DNA of 64,000 nucleotides from Camelus ferus (Eukaryota): contig NC_045696.1 of assembly GCF_009834535.1 (NCBI RefSeq), positions 87,980,001 through 88,044,000 on the forward strand, in the 5' to 3' direction. A program made the position numbers and the translations under genes. The notes under the pieces are model-generated. The model was given only the letters and a program-made list of their open reading frames with translations, had not been told where the DNA came from and did no database searches. Positions 26,571 to 40,927 of this stretch are shown here, piece by piece (the first letter of the stretch is position 1; every line of letters begins with the position of its first letter).

Positions 26571-29496
26571 AAGATATGTCATCTGTCATGACACCATCTA
26601 TTTTCATACATATTGCTATTTCAACCCCAGACATCATTTTGTATGAACCTCATAACAGAAATCTGAAAGTAGACAATAGATATAAACAATTTTTTAAATT
26701 ACCAAGAAAAGGATAGGTTTGATGAAAAAGGAAGAGAAGTTCTGGAGTTAGGAAAAACTACTAGGGTGACAAATAATAACAAACTTATTTTAATAGTCAA
26801 TGACTCAGGCTTTACAACAATGGAACTATGTATTAGTGGTAGTGCTAAGAACAACCACCATGTGAGTTTATATAAAATTGTAATTATTTTTAATTGTTGT
26901 GAAACCAAATATAATTTGTAGTGTTTTGTGATGCTGTAGTTTAGCTAACATTTTAATGAAACACTGTGCAATGTTTTGGTTGTTGTCTATTTAATTTGCA
27001 TGTATATAGATATACAAGATGACAATTTCTTGATTGTTATTTGTTATATTATACATATATAAAAAGATAAATGGGTCAGGAAACAACTTTTAATTACTTT
27101 GTGATGTTTCTCTGGTTCCTTTATTGCTTGATGTATTATTTAATAAATAAAGCATTATCAAGAAAAGGATAACCTTCTTGCCCTAAGGAGCCAGGACTTG
27201 ATTATTACCACAACAACCATAACTACAGCATAAATAAACATAGAAAGTGAGAGAACTATGACATACAACTCCTTCTGTGGCAAGATATTTCAAGGAAAGG
27301 AACAAATGGGGAAAAAGTTAGTCTTCCTTTATGAGAGAAAACACTGAAACAGAAACTTTATATTTTTTATACAAGTATTTTACAGTTAAAAAATAATTAA
27401 CAGGTGGTGTAAAAATGCAATAGGATATAAAATATAAAGAAGTTTGAAGGCCTAAAAATATTTCTGAGAATAAGAAGAAGATAAAGGCCAGAGAAAAAGA
27501 AATGTAGTACATTTTGTAAAATGCTTGATTTGGAAAATATAAGGAGACTCAATTAGAAAGTTATAGGAAAAAGGAGAGAAAGAAAGATCCAAAAACATTC
27601 AGACAAGTCATTTCAATTTTCAAAATCACAATAATGTTTTCTAGATACATACATGATGGATATTTTGTACTAGAAATAGAGCAATAATATAAAACATAAG
27701 ATGTCAGAGAGTATGAAGATGGAAGCGTCAGTTGTGTGGTCCCTAACTGAGTTTTCCCACATCCAGTGAAAGGCATCTTTGTGATTGCTAAGAGGTGCTG
27801 TTCTCAAGAAATGCCTGACTGCTGATGGCTACCCTTCCTGCCTGGTCCCCACCAGCGACCCCAGGAAATACGCCCATCTGAGGTTTCCTTCAGCAAGTGA
27901 TCATGATGATACCTTTGGTGATTCCATCTCTCAAGCTGGATTCCACTCCAGCCTTGCCATTGTCTATCACAGAAGGGTTCCTGGGACATGTGGCTCACTT
28001 GTAGACAATGCTGCTACTTTTTTCTTCGATGTTATTCTTATCGCAAGCATTTTAGTGAAATTGCAAAATACATACACATAGGTAATACTTTCCATGGGTA
28101 GATATGATTACCCACACCAATCATAACATGTTAAACCCTACTGGATGCAAATGAAACACCATTACTCATTTTTCTCAATTAGTGTTTCTCAACTGCTGGG
28201 AGTTGACAGTGATTGTGTGACTCTAGGTATCCTAGTCTCACTCTTTTCCGGATGTTTTTACTCTAAGTGGCCAGACAGAAAATTAAGACAATCTGCTTAA
28301 ATGGCTGTGAGTTAGAAACACCATTTCAATCATTTGATTGCATTATAAGTACTTACTTTCACAATTCTTCAACACATCAGAATTTTAATCAGGATTAGAA
28401 ATGTGACTTATCCTCTCAGCCTACACCCTTCCTCAAACATCTTAAGTAAATGTGTCCCTATGTGAATCTCTTGTTGGCTGTGCATCATTCTTGCTACATC
28501 TGTTATATTCAAAGACATTATCACATCATAGTGCTCTAGTAGGATTCTAAATCATCTGACCTGAACGTCCTATTTCAACACCTGGCATATTCTGATAAAT
28601 ATATTTCTACTTCAGAACAATGATAAAGGAACAGACTTTGAAGACAAAGGGACTTTGTTTGGAATCCCCATTCTGTCACTTCCTAGCTTTGTAATTTACT
28701 TAGCTTTGTCTTCCTAAATTTTTAAGTTTTCTCATGTGTGAAATAGAGGAAGTAATATTCACTTCACATATTTCTTTTATGTATTAAACAATTTAATATA
28801 TGTAAAATACTTAACAGAAATTCACTAAACAACAGATGTCATTGTTCCTTTTATTAAAAATTCAAAAATAGCTATTATCCATAATGTTGCCACTGAGGCA
28901 AAGCAAGATCCTGGAGTACCTTTTTAATTATTAAAAAATAATAAAATCACTCTCAAATTTTAAATGTACCTTAAATACTTTCTCTATGGCTTTTATTTTC
29001 CTTTAAAACAAAACAATCTTGATAAATCATGTTATGTAATTTTCAGTAAACCAAAATATTTGAGAAACTGAAGTAAATAAGTGTTTATCCAACCACAGAG
29101 ACAAACAGTTTATTAAATATCTTCCTCTGCTTTTTCATAAATAATGGTTGTTATAATTTTTAAAAAATCATAAAAGCTCAACTCTTCTAATTATATTTTT
29201 CAAAAGTAATGTCTCTAGAAATACATTCTCAGATACTAACAATAAAAAAAAGTCTTGTCCACTTATTAAGGCAGATGAAGATGGGAAAAATTTACAGGGA
29301 GATAATGAAATTATAGAATTTCAGAACTAAAGGGTGCCATAAAGATCCTATTTTCCCACATTAAATACAGTATACTTTTATCTAAGCAGATGATGGTTTT
29401 GTTAAGGTTTTTTATTAAATAAGTTTATGACAATCTGGTGACTTGTTTTTAATTCCATGTAACTAACAATTTGCTAATAGATATTAGTAAGATCAT

Positions 29497-30240
29497 TATG
29501 AACTGAATTATTTTCCCCAAGTTTATTTATGTTGAAATCCTAAACCCTGGTACCTCAGAATGTGACTATGTTTGGAGATAGGGCCTTTAAAGAGGTAAAT
29601 CAGGTTAAAGAAAGGTTATTAGGTGAGCCTTAGTCCAATATGACTGGTGTCCTTATAAAAAGAGGCAATTGGGAAGAAAAAAAAAAAAGACGACAAATGA
29701 ACTTAAATATAAAATAGAAACAGACTCACAGACATAGAATACAAACTTGTGGTTCCAGTGGGGAGGGGAGTGGGAAGGGACAAACTTAGCATTTGAGATC
29801 TGTAAATACTGACAGGTACATATAGAATAGATAAACAAGTTTATACTGTATAGCACAGGGAAATATATTCAAGATCTTGTAGTAGCTCAAGGTGAAAAAG
29901 AATATGAAAACGAATATATGTATATTCATGTATGACTGAAAAATTGTGCTGTACACCAGAAATTGACACAATGTTGTAAAGTGACAATACTCAATCTTTT
30001 AAAAAAGTAAGGAAAAAAAGAGGCAATTGTGACACAGACATATACAGATGGAAGACCGTGAGAAGATACAGGGAGAAGGTGGTCATTTACAAGCTCAGGA
30101 GAGAGGCCTTCAAAGGAACCACACCTGTTGACACCCTGACTTCTGACTTCTAGCCTCTGTAAGTGTGAGAAAATAAATTTCTGTTGCTTAAGTCAGCCAG
30201 GCAGTGGTACTCTGTTATAGCAGCCCTACAAACCAATACA
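29497..30240 (+). mobile_element. MaLR LTR (MLT1B/C-like) split by a young L1
   Basis: gttgaaatcctaaaccc...tttggagatagggcctttaaagagg (left part); gaaaataaatttctgttgcttaagtc...aaaccaataca (right part). Confidence 0.85.
29672..30014 (+). mobile_element. Young 5'-truncated L1 with perfect 15-bp TSD
   Basis: TSD AAAAAGAGGCAATTG at 29657-29671 and 30015-30029; L1 3' UTR acagactcacagacatag...ctgtacaccagaaattgacaca. Confidence 0.9.
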
Positions 30241-31589
30241 AAGATTCAATAGTCTAACACTCTTAAATAAAATTAAATTAAACCTGTGGACTTTTATGGG
30301 ATATTAACTTATATAAAAGGTCAAGATACACATACAAAGAAGTTAGACTCACAAGTCTATGCAGTGCAGCTGATTCAGGCATGTGTGAAACGAAAAGACT
30401 TAAGTGATTAACCCATGTGGAAAAGGCCAAGTAAAGGTAAACTATTAAAGTTAAAAACTAGGGTAACAGAGATCTTTAGAAGGTCGCATCCATTAATAAA
30501 AAGTTGAAAATGTATATAGGTGCAAAGAGCAGTAATTCATAGCCGCAAAATCTCCCGTAAATTGTAAACAATGTTCTAGGTGTTGTTAACACATACTAAC
30601 AAAATATTACTCAAAATTAACTGGGATTAAAAGGTGGCCTCTAAACAGAGGAAACAATTATTCATTCCAATTAGTGTGAAATTATAGATAGTCTAAATAC
30701 TTAACACGTGAACTTCAACCTCAAGCTTTAACCTGAACTCCAGCCCTCATTTCCTTTTAAACTTTACCCACTTTTATTTTGATCAAATTTTACTAATTAA
30801 TTTTCCTCAATCCTTTCCAAAAGACATCACAGTTAACGTTTCAAGAAGCATCCGTGATATCCTCTTAGCTGCAGGTATCCTAAGCAGCTGGTCAGAACTC
30901 ATCAGCAACACGAATGGACTAGGTACACGTGCCATGCTACCTGTCCTGTATGTTTCAGCTCTGCTCTTTTCTTTACAGATGTACAAAAGGTAAAGGAAGA
31001 AAGAAATGACTTTGAAAGATTTTAATTTGACCCTTATATACAGTACGTATAAAATAAATTTTTTTTTTACTTTTCTATTATACCAACACCGGGCAACTTC
31101 ACAAGGCCTTTTTCACTTACTTGTCGTACACATACACACTGACACTCACAAATACATACTTAAAAGTTTGGAATTAGCACACCCATTCCACTCTTTCATA
31201 AATAATCTGGACTTTATCAACAAGGGTACAAAATTGATTATTAAACTAAAGAAACAATGGGAGATGTCTTACAAAGGATCCAGGTCTCCTGATGTTTAGA
31301 AGATACACACTTAAGTCTCACCTGCTGTACCCACTTTCAACATCAATCACCACTACAACGATGGTGGTCGATCCCAGATTTTCTCTGCTACATTGATTTT
31401 AAAATTTTATTGCCACTCCTGACTTTCTACAGCCATCACACTTCAGTTTTCAATCTTCATTCCCATATATATGTAATTATTACTGTGAGAGCTCTAATTC
31501 TTAATGTTATATAGGCAGCATAGTGTCACATCTTAGGACGTATATTTCAGACTAAAGAGAGACCTGGAATCAAATCTAACTCCACACTT

Positions 31590-33150
31590 TTGATTCAAGA
31601 TGGCAGAAAGAACACATGTATGTACCTCTCTTACATCCCCATCTAACCCCTCAAAATACCTAAGCATAATTAACAACTACATCTCTAAGAAGAAATGATA
31701 TATTTTAAAAAGAGATTTTAAACAGATGAATTGAGCATAGTGCCTAGAAAACAAGAACTCAGAAGGACGCCTTGGGAATACTCTAAGAAAAAAGTAGGGA
31801 GAGTGCTGATTGTTGGAGAAGAGAGAACAGAGGAAGATACAACGCAGAGCATGAGAGGTAAGAATCATCAGCCTCCAAGGAACTCCACAGACATTCAAAC
31901 ACAGAGTCAAGTTGTGGTTTGCTCCAGAAATACATGAGTAGTTCAGAATGAGAAGGTCCATTAATATAATTCATTATCTTACACATTAAAGAAGAAAAAT
32001 CAAATTATTTTTTTACCAGATGCTCAAATGGCATTTGAGGAAATTAATCAGCTAATTAAATGTAAACCAAATAGTAACAGATAGAAATTACTTACAGGGG
32101 ATTTACCAAAATACAACTGCAAACTTCACTGTAAGTGGTAAAACACTTTCATTATAATCACAAATAAACAGGAGTGCCCTCTATCACCGTAATAATTCAG
32201 CACTGCTTTGGAGTTTCTAGCAAATGCAATAAAAGAGAAAATTAAACAGTCAACATCAATCTTAGGAAAAATAGAATTCTTTTTGCTCATGATATAACAG
32301 ATATATGCTTCCATTTAAAGACAGATAAATAGTAAGCTTTCTGCCTCCATTGCATTAATATCTAGATATGTAAATGGAAAAAAAAATTCCATTCTTTACA
32401 ACATCACACAATACCTAGGAATATATTTAATAATTAAGAGACAGAATTTATATAAAGAAAACTAGAAATTTAATTCAAAGATACAAAGCAAAATCTCAAC
32501 AAATTTTTTAAAATGTAATATTTTAACATCTGATGTAAAAAACATTAATTCTCCTAAATTAATAAGTAAATAGAATACAATTCCAAATATAATCCTGTGG
32601 GCTATTATTGGAATTAGAGTCAATGATATTAACATATGTAGAAGACTAAGTGTCAGAAAATAGACAAGAAACTAGAAAAAGAAGCCTAGTGGCAGTAGAA
32701 AGTGTCAGGGAAAATGATACTTAACATTGAAACCATTCTAATCAAAGCAGTCTAATATTGGCATACTAATAGCCAAATTGTTGAAGAAAACAAAAAAGAA
32801 AGCCCAGGAATAAATGCCAAATACAAGTGTGCGTGTGTGTGTACATATACATATATTCAATATAAAAATTAGCATTTCAATTCAGTGCAAAAAAAGGTTT
32901 TCAAAAAAATTATGCTTAACAGAGCTAAAGGAATAACACCCTTATTATATAAATAACTATTACTAATGACTAAGAAAAAGGCAAAGAAACCAATAGAACA
33001 GAGATCAATAGATCTGAGTATAAAAATCAGAGAAATCTCAAAAGGCAATATGAAAATTTCTTATTCTCTGTATTAATCAGGAAGGCATACTAAAGTATCA
33101 ATAACATGTTGCCTTATGTTCATAATACTTTAAAACTTGAAAAGAATTGC
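31590..33150 (+). mobile_element. Degraded old L1M (5' start motif and ORF2 remnants)
   Basis: caagatggcaga at ~31597; ORF2-like ccagatgctcaaatggcatttga, gagtgccctctatcaccg, tacctaggaata. Confidence 0.65.
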
Positions 33151-33989
33151 CATTAACTGGGGGCAGGGAAAACCAAAACATGAATAGGTTTGACAAGAGA
33201 AGGAATATCCCGGACTGTATCAGGAGCTTAGTGTGGACATGTTACTTTTGAGATTCATATTGGACACCCAACATGGAGCTGTTTAGTTGGCAATTATATA
33301 TACAGGTCTGGAGTTCATGGGTGAGACCTAAGCTGGAGCTCTGCATGTGAGCATGGATGCAATCACTTATATCATAAATGTAAAGAAGAGATAGAAGGAT
33401 TGAGCCCTTTAGCACTCCAACATTCTGGAAGATGTGGTTTACAGAATTACCAGAATCACAGAGTTAAATGGGTTCATGAATTATGAAACTATGAACTATG
33501 AATATCTGGGCTAAGGAGTAGTTTCTCTTGATAAATAAACAATTAACAAATACAAAAAAAAAAAAAAAGAGTAAGCTTGGAGATGAGAGACAAGAGGTAA
33601 ATGAGCAACACACTGGAATAACACCGCTATTAAAATGAATGAGTCGGCACAGTATCATTTAACTTTGGAGGGATTTCCAGGAAGTATGGTTAAGTGCAAA
33701 AAGCAATGTGCATAAAAGTTTATTTAATATTGTCCCACGTACGAAAAATGAATTACGAAGCCCCTTCCCCAAAAAAAGTTGTGAGCATGCATGTTCATAT
33801 AGAAGTATGTGGGCAAGCAGAAAGATAAGAAAGCATAGGTACTAGACAGTTAACTCTAGTCACCAGGAGGAGAATATAGGAGAGAATGGAGGGGAAAGTA
33901 AGCCAGAAATTGATAGTTTTAATGTAACGATTTTATATAACTTATATAAAGTTGCCCATGATTTTTAAAATGACTTGTATGATACTGCG

Positions 33990-35260
33990 GTAGAGGCTGT
34001 GATGTAACACCAAGTCACTCATTCCTCAAGTTGCCAGGAGTGATGGCTGCTGACACCTCATAGCTAATCCTTTTTCCAGGGATTGCCCTTAGCAAGAGGG
34101 AAATGCCTCACCCAAGGTGTGATATTGTGATATAATAAGAACTGTATATTTGGTCTTTGTCCCTGGTTCCTGGCACAGAGCTCCTAAAACCCTTGTAATT
34201 TCCTGATTGACAGGAATGCTAAGAGCCTCTCTTTTTTTTTCCCTAAATGTTTGGTCTTTAAGTCCTGTTTCTGACACAGAGCTCTAAAATCCCTTAAAAC
34301 TTCCTGGGTAAAAGAAGTGTCATTTATTTTAAGGAGATGACTTTTTATGGGCTCCTGGATAGCTTCAAGATGGAGGTGGGTCACCAGAAAGACTAAGAGA
34401 TGATTAGAAATTTGGAACTTTCAGCCCGACTCTCTATCTCATGGGAAGAGAAGAGGGGTTGGAGATCAAGTTTAATTATCAGTGGTCAATGATTTAGTCA
34501 ATCATGCTTACATAATGAACTTTGAAAAAAAACTCTAGCCAAATAGAGTTGAAGAACTTCCAGATTGGTTAACACATGGAGGAACTGGTAGGGTAATTTG
34601 CCCAGAGAAAGCATGGAAACTGTGTTCTTTCCTTATCCCTTATCCTCTGCATCTCTTCCATCTGGCTGTTCCTGAGCTGTACCTTCTATAATAAACAGGT
34701 ACTAGTAAATAAACCACTTTCTGTTAGCCACTGCAGAAAATTAACCAACAAAAGAAGGTTGTCATGGAAACCCCCAATTCACAGCTGATCAGTCAGAAAT
34801 GAGGAGCCATCTTGTGGGATTGAGCCCTTAATCTTTGGGATCTGTACTAATTCCCTATAGTTTTTGTCAGAATGAGTTAAATTGCAGGACACCCAGTCGG
34901 TGTACACCAAGAGTTGGAAAACTGCAGGAAAAACCCAGACATTTGGTGTCAGAAATGGTAAGAGTAATAGAAAAAATGGTTTCCTTTTACAAGGTTATAT
35001 TCCTTCCCTGAAGGAAGCTAGTCCAAAACCCAGTGACCAGTCTATGCAGGGATACAAAAGCCTAGCCCTCTTATCTCAATATGTTATAACAGAGGGTTCC
35101 TGAGTTCCCCATTGAATTGGTTGAGATTTCTATAGTGACTGCAGCACAGTTCAGTTTCTCCCACTGCCCCATTTTGCTTCCCTTGCTCTTTCATCCTGTG
35201 TCCAATTAATTTCCTGCACATAGACTCCCTTTCTATCCTAGAAAACCCAACCTAGGGCTT
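33990..35260 (+). mobile_element. LTR16-like ERVL LTR interrupted by a MER21-like LTR
   Basis: gggattgccctt...tgcctcacccaagg continues after ~34990 as aaggttatattccttccct...ggatacaaaagcctagccc. Confidence 0.6.
34118..34991 (+). mobile_element. MER21-like LTR
   Basis: tgtgatattgtgatataataaga...ggttcctggcacagagctcctaaaacccttg...cagacatttggtgtcagaa. Confidence 0.8.
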
Positions 35261-36469
35261 CATGCAATCCCAATTATGTGAAAAGAAGCATATAGGTGTT
35301 TTGGAACACGAGCATGCGTATGTTAATGTACTGGCAAAGAATGGCATGAAATATGGCCTCCAAAATATATTAATGTAAGGTCTGATAGTGAGGGTGGGAT
35401 TTCAGGTCACCTTTTCTCCCTCCTTACACTTTTATTTGTTTTTCTAATTTGCATGAGCATATACCATTTTTACAATTAGAAAATATAAATTTATTATAAA
35501 AAGTTATGAAGATAATCAATAAAATAAAATTATAGTTATTATAAATTGAGAGGTAAATGAGAAGAAAATAGGAAACTAATACTTTGCCTCTCATAGCAGG
35601 GAGTCATCAGAAGCTGTGTAAAGATGATTAATCACAAAATGGGGAAAGTGCACATTATTTTTTTTTTTAGTGCACATTATTTTAGAGTTACTGAGATAAT
35701 CTCTAGGAGAAGCACTGTGTAGAAGAAAAATGTCTTCTAGAAGAATTACTAAAAATTATCATTATGGAATATGAATATTCAGGTATGAAGTATGAGAAGG
35801 AATAGTGCCTTCTGCTTTTTATGTTATGTTTTTCTGTACTGTCTAAATTCTTTTATCATATGTGTTATTACTCTGGTAATAATTTCTTAATTTCTTTGAA
35901 AGAACTAGCACCCATTAAAACAAGCCAGAAATAAAATTTTAAAGATTATAATAGTGATATTACAGCTATAATAGAACTGTGGGCTATTTATGTCTTTACT
36001 GTCAAACTGTCTATAGTGCTATTTTCCATAATTTATATAAATACATAAAACTTAAAATCAGCCTTTGCCACCTACCAGATATGGAATCTTAGAGGAGTTA
36101 ATCACCTCTATAAGAATTATTTAACCTCTATTTTTTCTCATCTAGAATATGACTATAACAGTAACTACCTCATGTGTGGATGGGAATTAAATGAGATAAT
36201 GTATGTATGATGCTTAGTAGAGACCCTGCCACACTGAAGTGGTAAATGATAAACTAAGGCCTGATTTTTCACCTTTCTTGCCAGTTTCAGTTACTCATGT
36301 AGATTTTCAATAAGTACCACAGACCCTAGTTAATATCTATGTTTCCAGAGTAAATATTAATGGTACCAAACTTTCATTCTCAAAAGTGTCTCAGTCTAGT
36401 TAATAAATTATATAGTTATTCTACTTATTAATAATAACACTTATATAAGAAAAAGAAAGAATTCAGATA

Positions 36470-36568
36470 TTCTTCTCAAGTTCATAAGGTACTTCTTTCA
36501 GCATACTGCTCTGCTAAGATTATGGGGAATGAAGATTGTCTATCATATGCAATATATACCTGACACAT
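36470..36568 (+). repeat. Copy 1 of a dispersed 99-bp direct repeat
   Basis: Aligns without gaps to 38000-38098; 11 mismatches by hand count. Confidence 0.9.
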
Positions 36569-37862
36569 TAATCATACAGTCATTAAAAGGTTCAACCCAG
36601 CACCATTTTTGAGTATTCAAAGATGAGAACACCACTGTTAAAGTTTTATAACAATATAAACAAATTATCTTGAAATTGGGTTTACTGTCAGCAACTTTAA
36701 AAAAGATTAAATTGAGCAGTCATGATTATTTTTCCCAAAAAAGAACTTAGGTCATCCTAAGTAGGGAAAAAACCATCACTAGAGATGTAGGATTGGATCC
36801 CCTTATATCTGTTCTCTTCACCCTCCCTAAACAGCTCACTGTGTTTCTTTGAAGCACATTTCAGGTTACTGGGATACAAAAATATAAAATTAGCTTCTTT
36901 TATTATGATGAAACCCCATGTGAACACTAGATCATTATGAATTGACTCTCTTCTCATTTTAAATAGACTATTTCTTTTGAAAGATTTTTATTATCAGTTT
37001 CTTATTTTAAAAAATCAGGCACATTATCTATTAGAATTACACTGATTGGACAGAGAAAATTAGAGTTTTACCTGTGCATTTCTAAATGGCCTATCTGTAA
37101 TGTCTAATCATCTCAGACAAAGATATTATGTTCCAACAAAGTTGTACTTAGCAGTACCTCTGCAATGCTAGTCTTAGTAATTAGGACTCAATCTTCCAAC
37201 CATTATGCACACAACTACCAGCGACCCAGAAAAATCCCACTGACATTGAAGCAATATAATGAATGCATAATAGGCCATTCCCAATCCATCCCCTTTTCAG
37301 AGTCTGTGTATCTCTTCTTCACACAGACTCTCTTCTTCCTAAAGGAAAACATCAAATGCTGAAATATATGCATCAGGCCTAAAGAGAATAAAATTATAAG
37401 CAGACAATGATTCTAAATGGTCAATACTATTTAAATGACTCTAGATTATGACTTGTAGTGTGAGCAGCATTCAAGGACCTCAGCTCCATTCCAACATCTT
37501 TAGTCATCTTTCTTAATCTCTAAAAGAAATCTTCATAACCAAGCAAATCCTCTCAAGCTCTTCAAACATGTTATAATTATTTCTGCCCCTAAACATTTAC
37601 ATTCAATGTTGCCTCCAACAGGAATACCTTTATCTACAATTTCTGTACATCAGTTCTGTATATCTACTCATCCCTATCACATCTGATGTCTTTTCCAATC
37701 CATACATAATAGCATAATGACGCCTCTTGCCAAGCATTTCCCCAGCCACATCACAGACTGAACTCATCCATCTCTATTTCTGGCACTGTTGCTTACTGCC
37801 TGACACTGTCTCGGGGCTTCTGTTTACCTATGTGTCAACCTGCGTGCTTAAAAATACACAAC

Positions 37863-38129
37863 TGTGGCAAAGACTGACTAGCTTTTCAGTGCACTCATTT
37901 CCTTTTCTTGCTAGGCTTACAGCTCTGCCCCATTTTCCAGGCTTCCTTGCAGTCAGGTTTATCCATATGATTAAGCTACAGCTAACATGTAGCTGTGTGT
38001 TCTTCTCAAGTTCATAAGGTACTATTCTCAGCATACTGCTTAGCCAAGATTATAGGGGATGAAGATTGTCTATTATATGCAACATATACCTCACACATAA
38101 GTGATGTGTGCCCTTCTGGCCTAAACTGC

Positions 38130-38160
<31 letters not shown>

Positions 38161-38401
38161 ACATGCAACCTCAATGCTCCCACCTTCCACATTCCCCAAC
38201 TTGAGTCAAATATCATCTCAATCTTAAAAGGCAGGAACTGAAGATAGAGAGCCACAGTATGGATTAATGCTGTAGAAAAAGGTGCTCACTAATCAGGAAT
38301 ACCTGCTTTGGACTATTACATAAGTGTAATATAAATCTGGGTTAATTCACTAGTATTTTATTATCCTTGTGTCAACAATTGGCATTACCCAAATTAACAC
38401 A
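37863..38401 (+). mobile_element. Old MLT1 (I/J-like) LTR, probable 5' LTR of a MaLR provirus
   Basis: tgtggcaaagactgactagc...ttccttgcagtcagg...aagtgatgtgtgcc...ttggactattacataag...ttacccaaattaacaca. Confidence 0.65.
38000..38098 (+). repeat. Copy 2 of the 99-bp repeat, interrupting the MLT1 LTR
   Basis: Offset of exactly 1530 bp from copy 1; MLT1-like sequence resumes at aagtgatgtgtgcc. Confidence 0.9.
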
Positions 38402-38644
38402 GAAATAGAAATCAGGAGTGGGGTTACTAGTGGTCAGGCATTACATAGTAAAGGAATTGGTATTAAAGACTGCAAAAATAGAGACTTATGTTATTAGACA
38501 CAATGGCAAAATAGTCAGCAGGACTGTCACCTGAGATAATCTGGAGTGCAAATAAGTAGCCCACTGAGCCTCTATCTCTGAAGAAAGTGGCTGCAAAAAG
38601 TTAAAGTGTGTATTACTTTTCCTTTCAGCTTCTTTGCAAAATGT

Positions 38645-39005
38645 GTTGGTCTGCATGCTTGTGTCTCCCAAAACTTCATATGTTGAAGCCCTAATCCCCA
38701 ATGTGGTGGTATTAGGAAGTGGGGTCTTTGAGAGGTAGTTTAGATGAGGTCATGAAGGTGGAGCCCTCACAAAGGGATTAGTACCCTTAAAAGAAGAGTA
38801 AAAGACTAGAACTCTCCCTCTCTGCCATGTGGTGACACAGCAAGAAGACGGCCATCTGCAAGCCAGGAAGAGAGTCTTCACCAGAACCTGACCATGCTGG
38901 CATACTGATCTTGTTTCCAGCCTCTACAACTATGAGAAATAAATGTTTGCTGTTAATGTCACCCAGTCTATAATATTTTTGTTATAGCTGCCTGAACAGA
39001 CTAAA
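38645..39005 (+). mobile_element. MaLR LTR (MLT1A-like)
   Basis: catatgttgaagccctaatccccaatgtggtggtattagg...gagaaataaatgtttgctgtt...gttatagctgcctgaacagactaa. Confidence 0.85.
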
Positions 39006-40927
39006 ATGCAAGGTATTAAAGTAAAGAGATGTGCTAAGGAAAGAATTAACTGGTTTAAAGGGAAAAAGAAGAGGACTAGATAATCCAGAAATGCAAGTCC
39101 TTGAAGGACTGGAAAATTAGAAAACTCAGCTGCTTTTAGACCTCAGCTATAAGAATAAAAGACTGAAAATAACTCTGAAGGACAAGACCTCATTGATTAC
39201 TCAGTTAAGCAAAGTGTTTCACCCTTGAGCAAATCAGATTGAGAGTGTTTTCTTCCCATACAAGACTACTGTGAGTTTCAGATGCCATAAAAATAGTCCC
39301 ATTCATTTAAGAAACAGAGGCAAAAGGTACTAAAGCTCTCTCTCAGACACCATCAAGAAAATATACTGATTAAGCAAATATGAGTTTATTAAATGTACTG
39401 CAATAAGGAAGAACACCACCTTGACTGTCTTAACGGTATCTCAAAAGCTGGAAATTGGGAAATTACAGGAATGTTTTAGGGCCTGGGCTGAGTAAGTTTA
39501 AGGCAGATGTTGCAAGGCAGGATCCTATTCGCAACGGGCCAGTTATGACACACTAGCTTCGGATTTGTGGGCACAGGAGGGCAGTTGCCTTGAAGCAGCC
39601 TTGATAAGGAAGCTGTTGTTCTTAAAGAGCATGTTAGTTGCTTTAGTCTTATATTCCAGTAAAAAGGTATTTCCTGGAACAAGTAACTACCTTGTGCTTG
39701 GTCTCAGGACTATTTAAATAAGAACAGTGCTATATGCCCAGTTTCCTCATAGTTAACTCCCAGCAAAAACATTATGTTCACAGGCAGAGGAAAGAATGGT
39801 TTAAATGATTGTTGAACACAGAGACAAGAAATTGTGTTGGTTTCAGTTATTAATTTCCATTTTTGGTCATTCTCCAGTCTATTCTAGAGGACAGATCATT
39901 TGTCACCTGGGGTAATAATCAATCCAAATGTGCACTTCTATTTGATGGGTCATAGTTATGTACTAAGTTTCCTTGTTGGATGATAGATAACCTATTGGAT
40001 CATTTGACAGAAAAGTGGCTATATATAAACATTTAAGACTCTGAAGATAACACATTTGAGGACTATGACACAGGGAAATACTAAAAAAGGATTTTTATCA
40101 GAGTTTATAATCTACTTCTAAGCCAAGAGTAAAGAGTGCTTAAATCAAAGGAGAGAATAGATCCAACTCCCAATGTGAAGAGCCTGTAGCACATGATTTA
40201 GTTATTTGTTGCCAAGTGTTTTAGAAATAATAATAATTACAGAAAAAGTCTGTAGGGTAATAGAGAACAATATAAAATCTAGGGTTGCTGTGTTTAGAAT
40301 CACCACCAATCTGATCTCACAAACTTCCTAGGCAAGGACATCTATGGCTTTGATGGCATTTTCATACTCTTCTGTCAATATGTGAACTATCATATGCCCC
40401 TCAACCTATAGACACGTTGTAAAGCAAGAATGAGATTTAAGGACAGAAGAAAGAAGCCTAAAATTCTCTTTTAGAAGTTAAATTTTGGAGTCTCAACTTG
40501 AAACTTGGTTTTTCTTCTTTTTTAACTAGCTTACCTAAAGATTTCTTTTTGTTTGTTTTTCTTTTGCCTTTTTTTTTTTTTTTTTTTGAGAGAGGAAAAA
40601 TGGCATTATCAAAATGGTCTCAGGGTAAATACAGGCATTAGCTACTAAGATAATCAGACTCTTGTCTAGTTTTGCAGGTAGTAGGCAATAAACTTTTCAT
40701 GCACAAATCCAACACCATTTGTTGGGAGTCACCCAGTATTCTTTTTGAGTCAAAATACCCTTGGGGGTTGCCTAATTATTCTGTAAACTTTTAGTGCTAC
40801 TCATTTAGAGTGGGTTGGACTCAGATGGTGACATTTAAATTAGGCAGATCATCAGTTAGAGCTATAGTAAAACAGTATGAGGTTAAGCTTAAGATGTAAG
40901 CCTTCTTGCAGGTCTGTTAAAATGAAG

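Noticed and set aside
30961..30996. Strong acceptor, 11-nt segment and GTAAAG donor (possible microexon 30979-30989)
   Set aside because: Not frame-preserving, modest donor, and no host gene evident
40270..40720. env remnant as a possible syncytin-like co-opted gene
   Set aside because: Multiple stops and frameshifts plus a nested LTR; no long ORF
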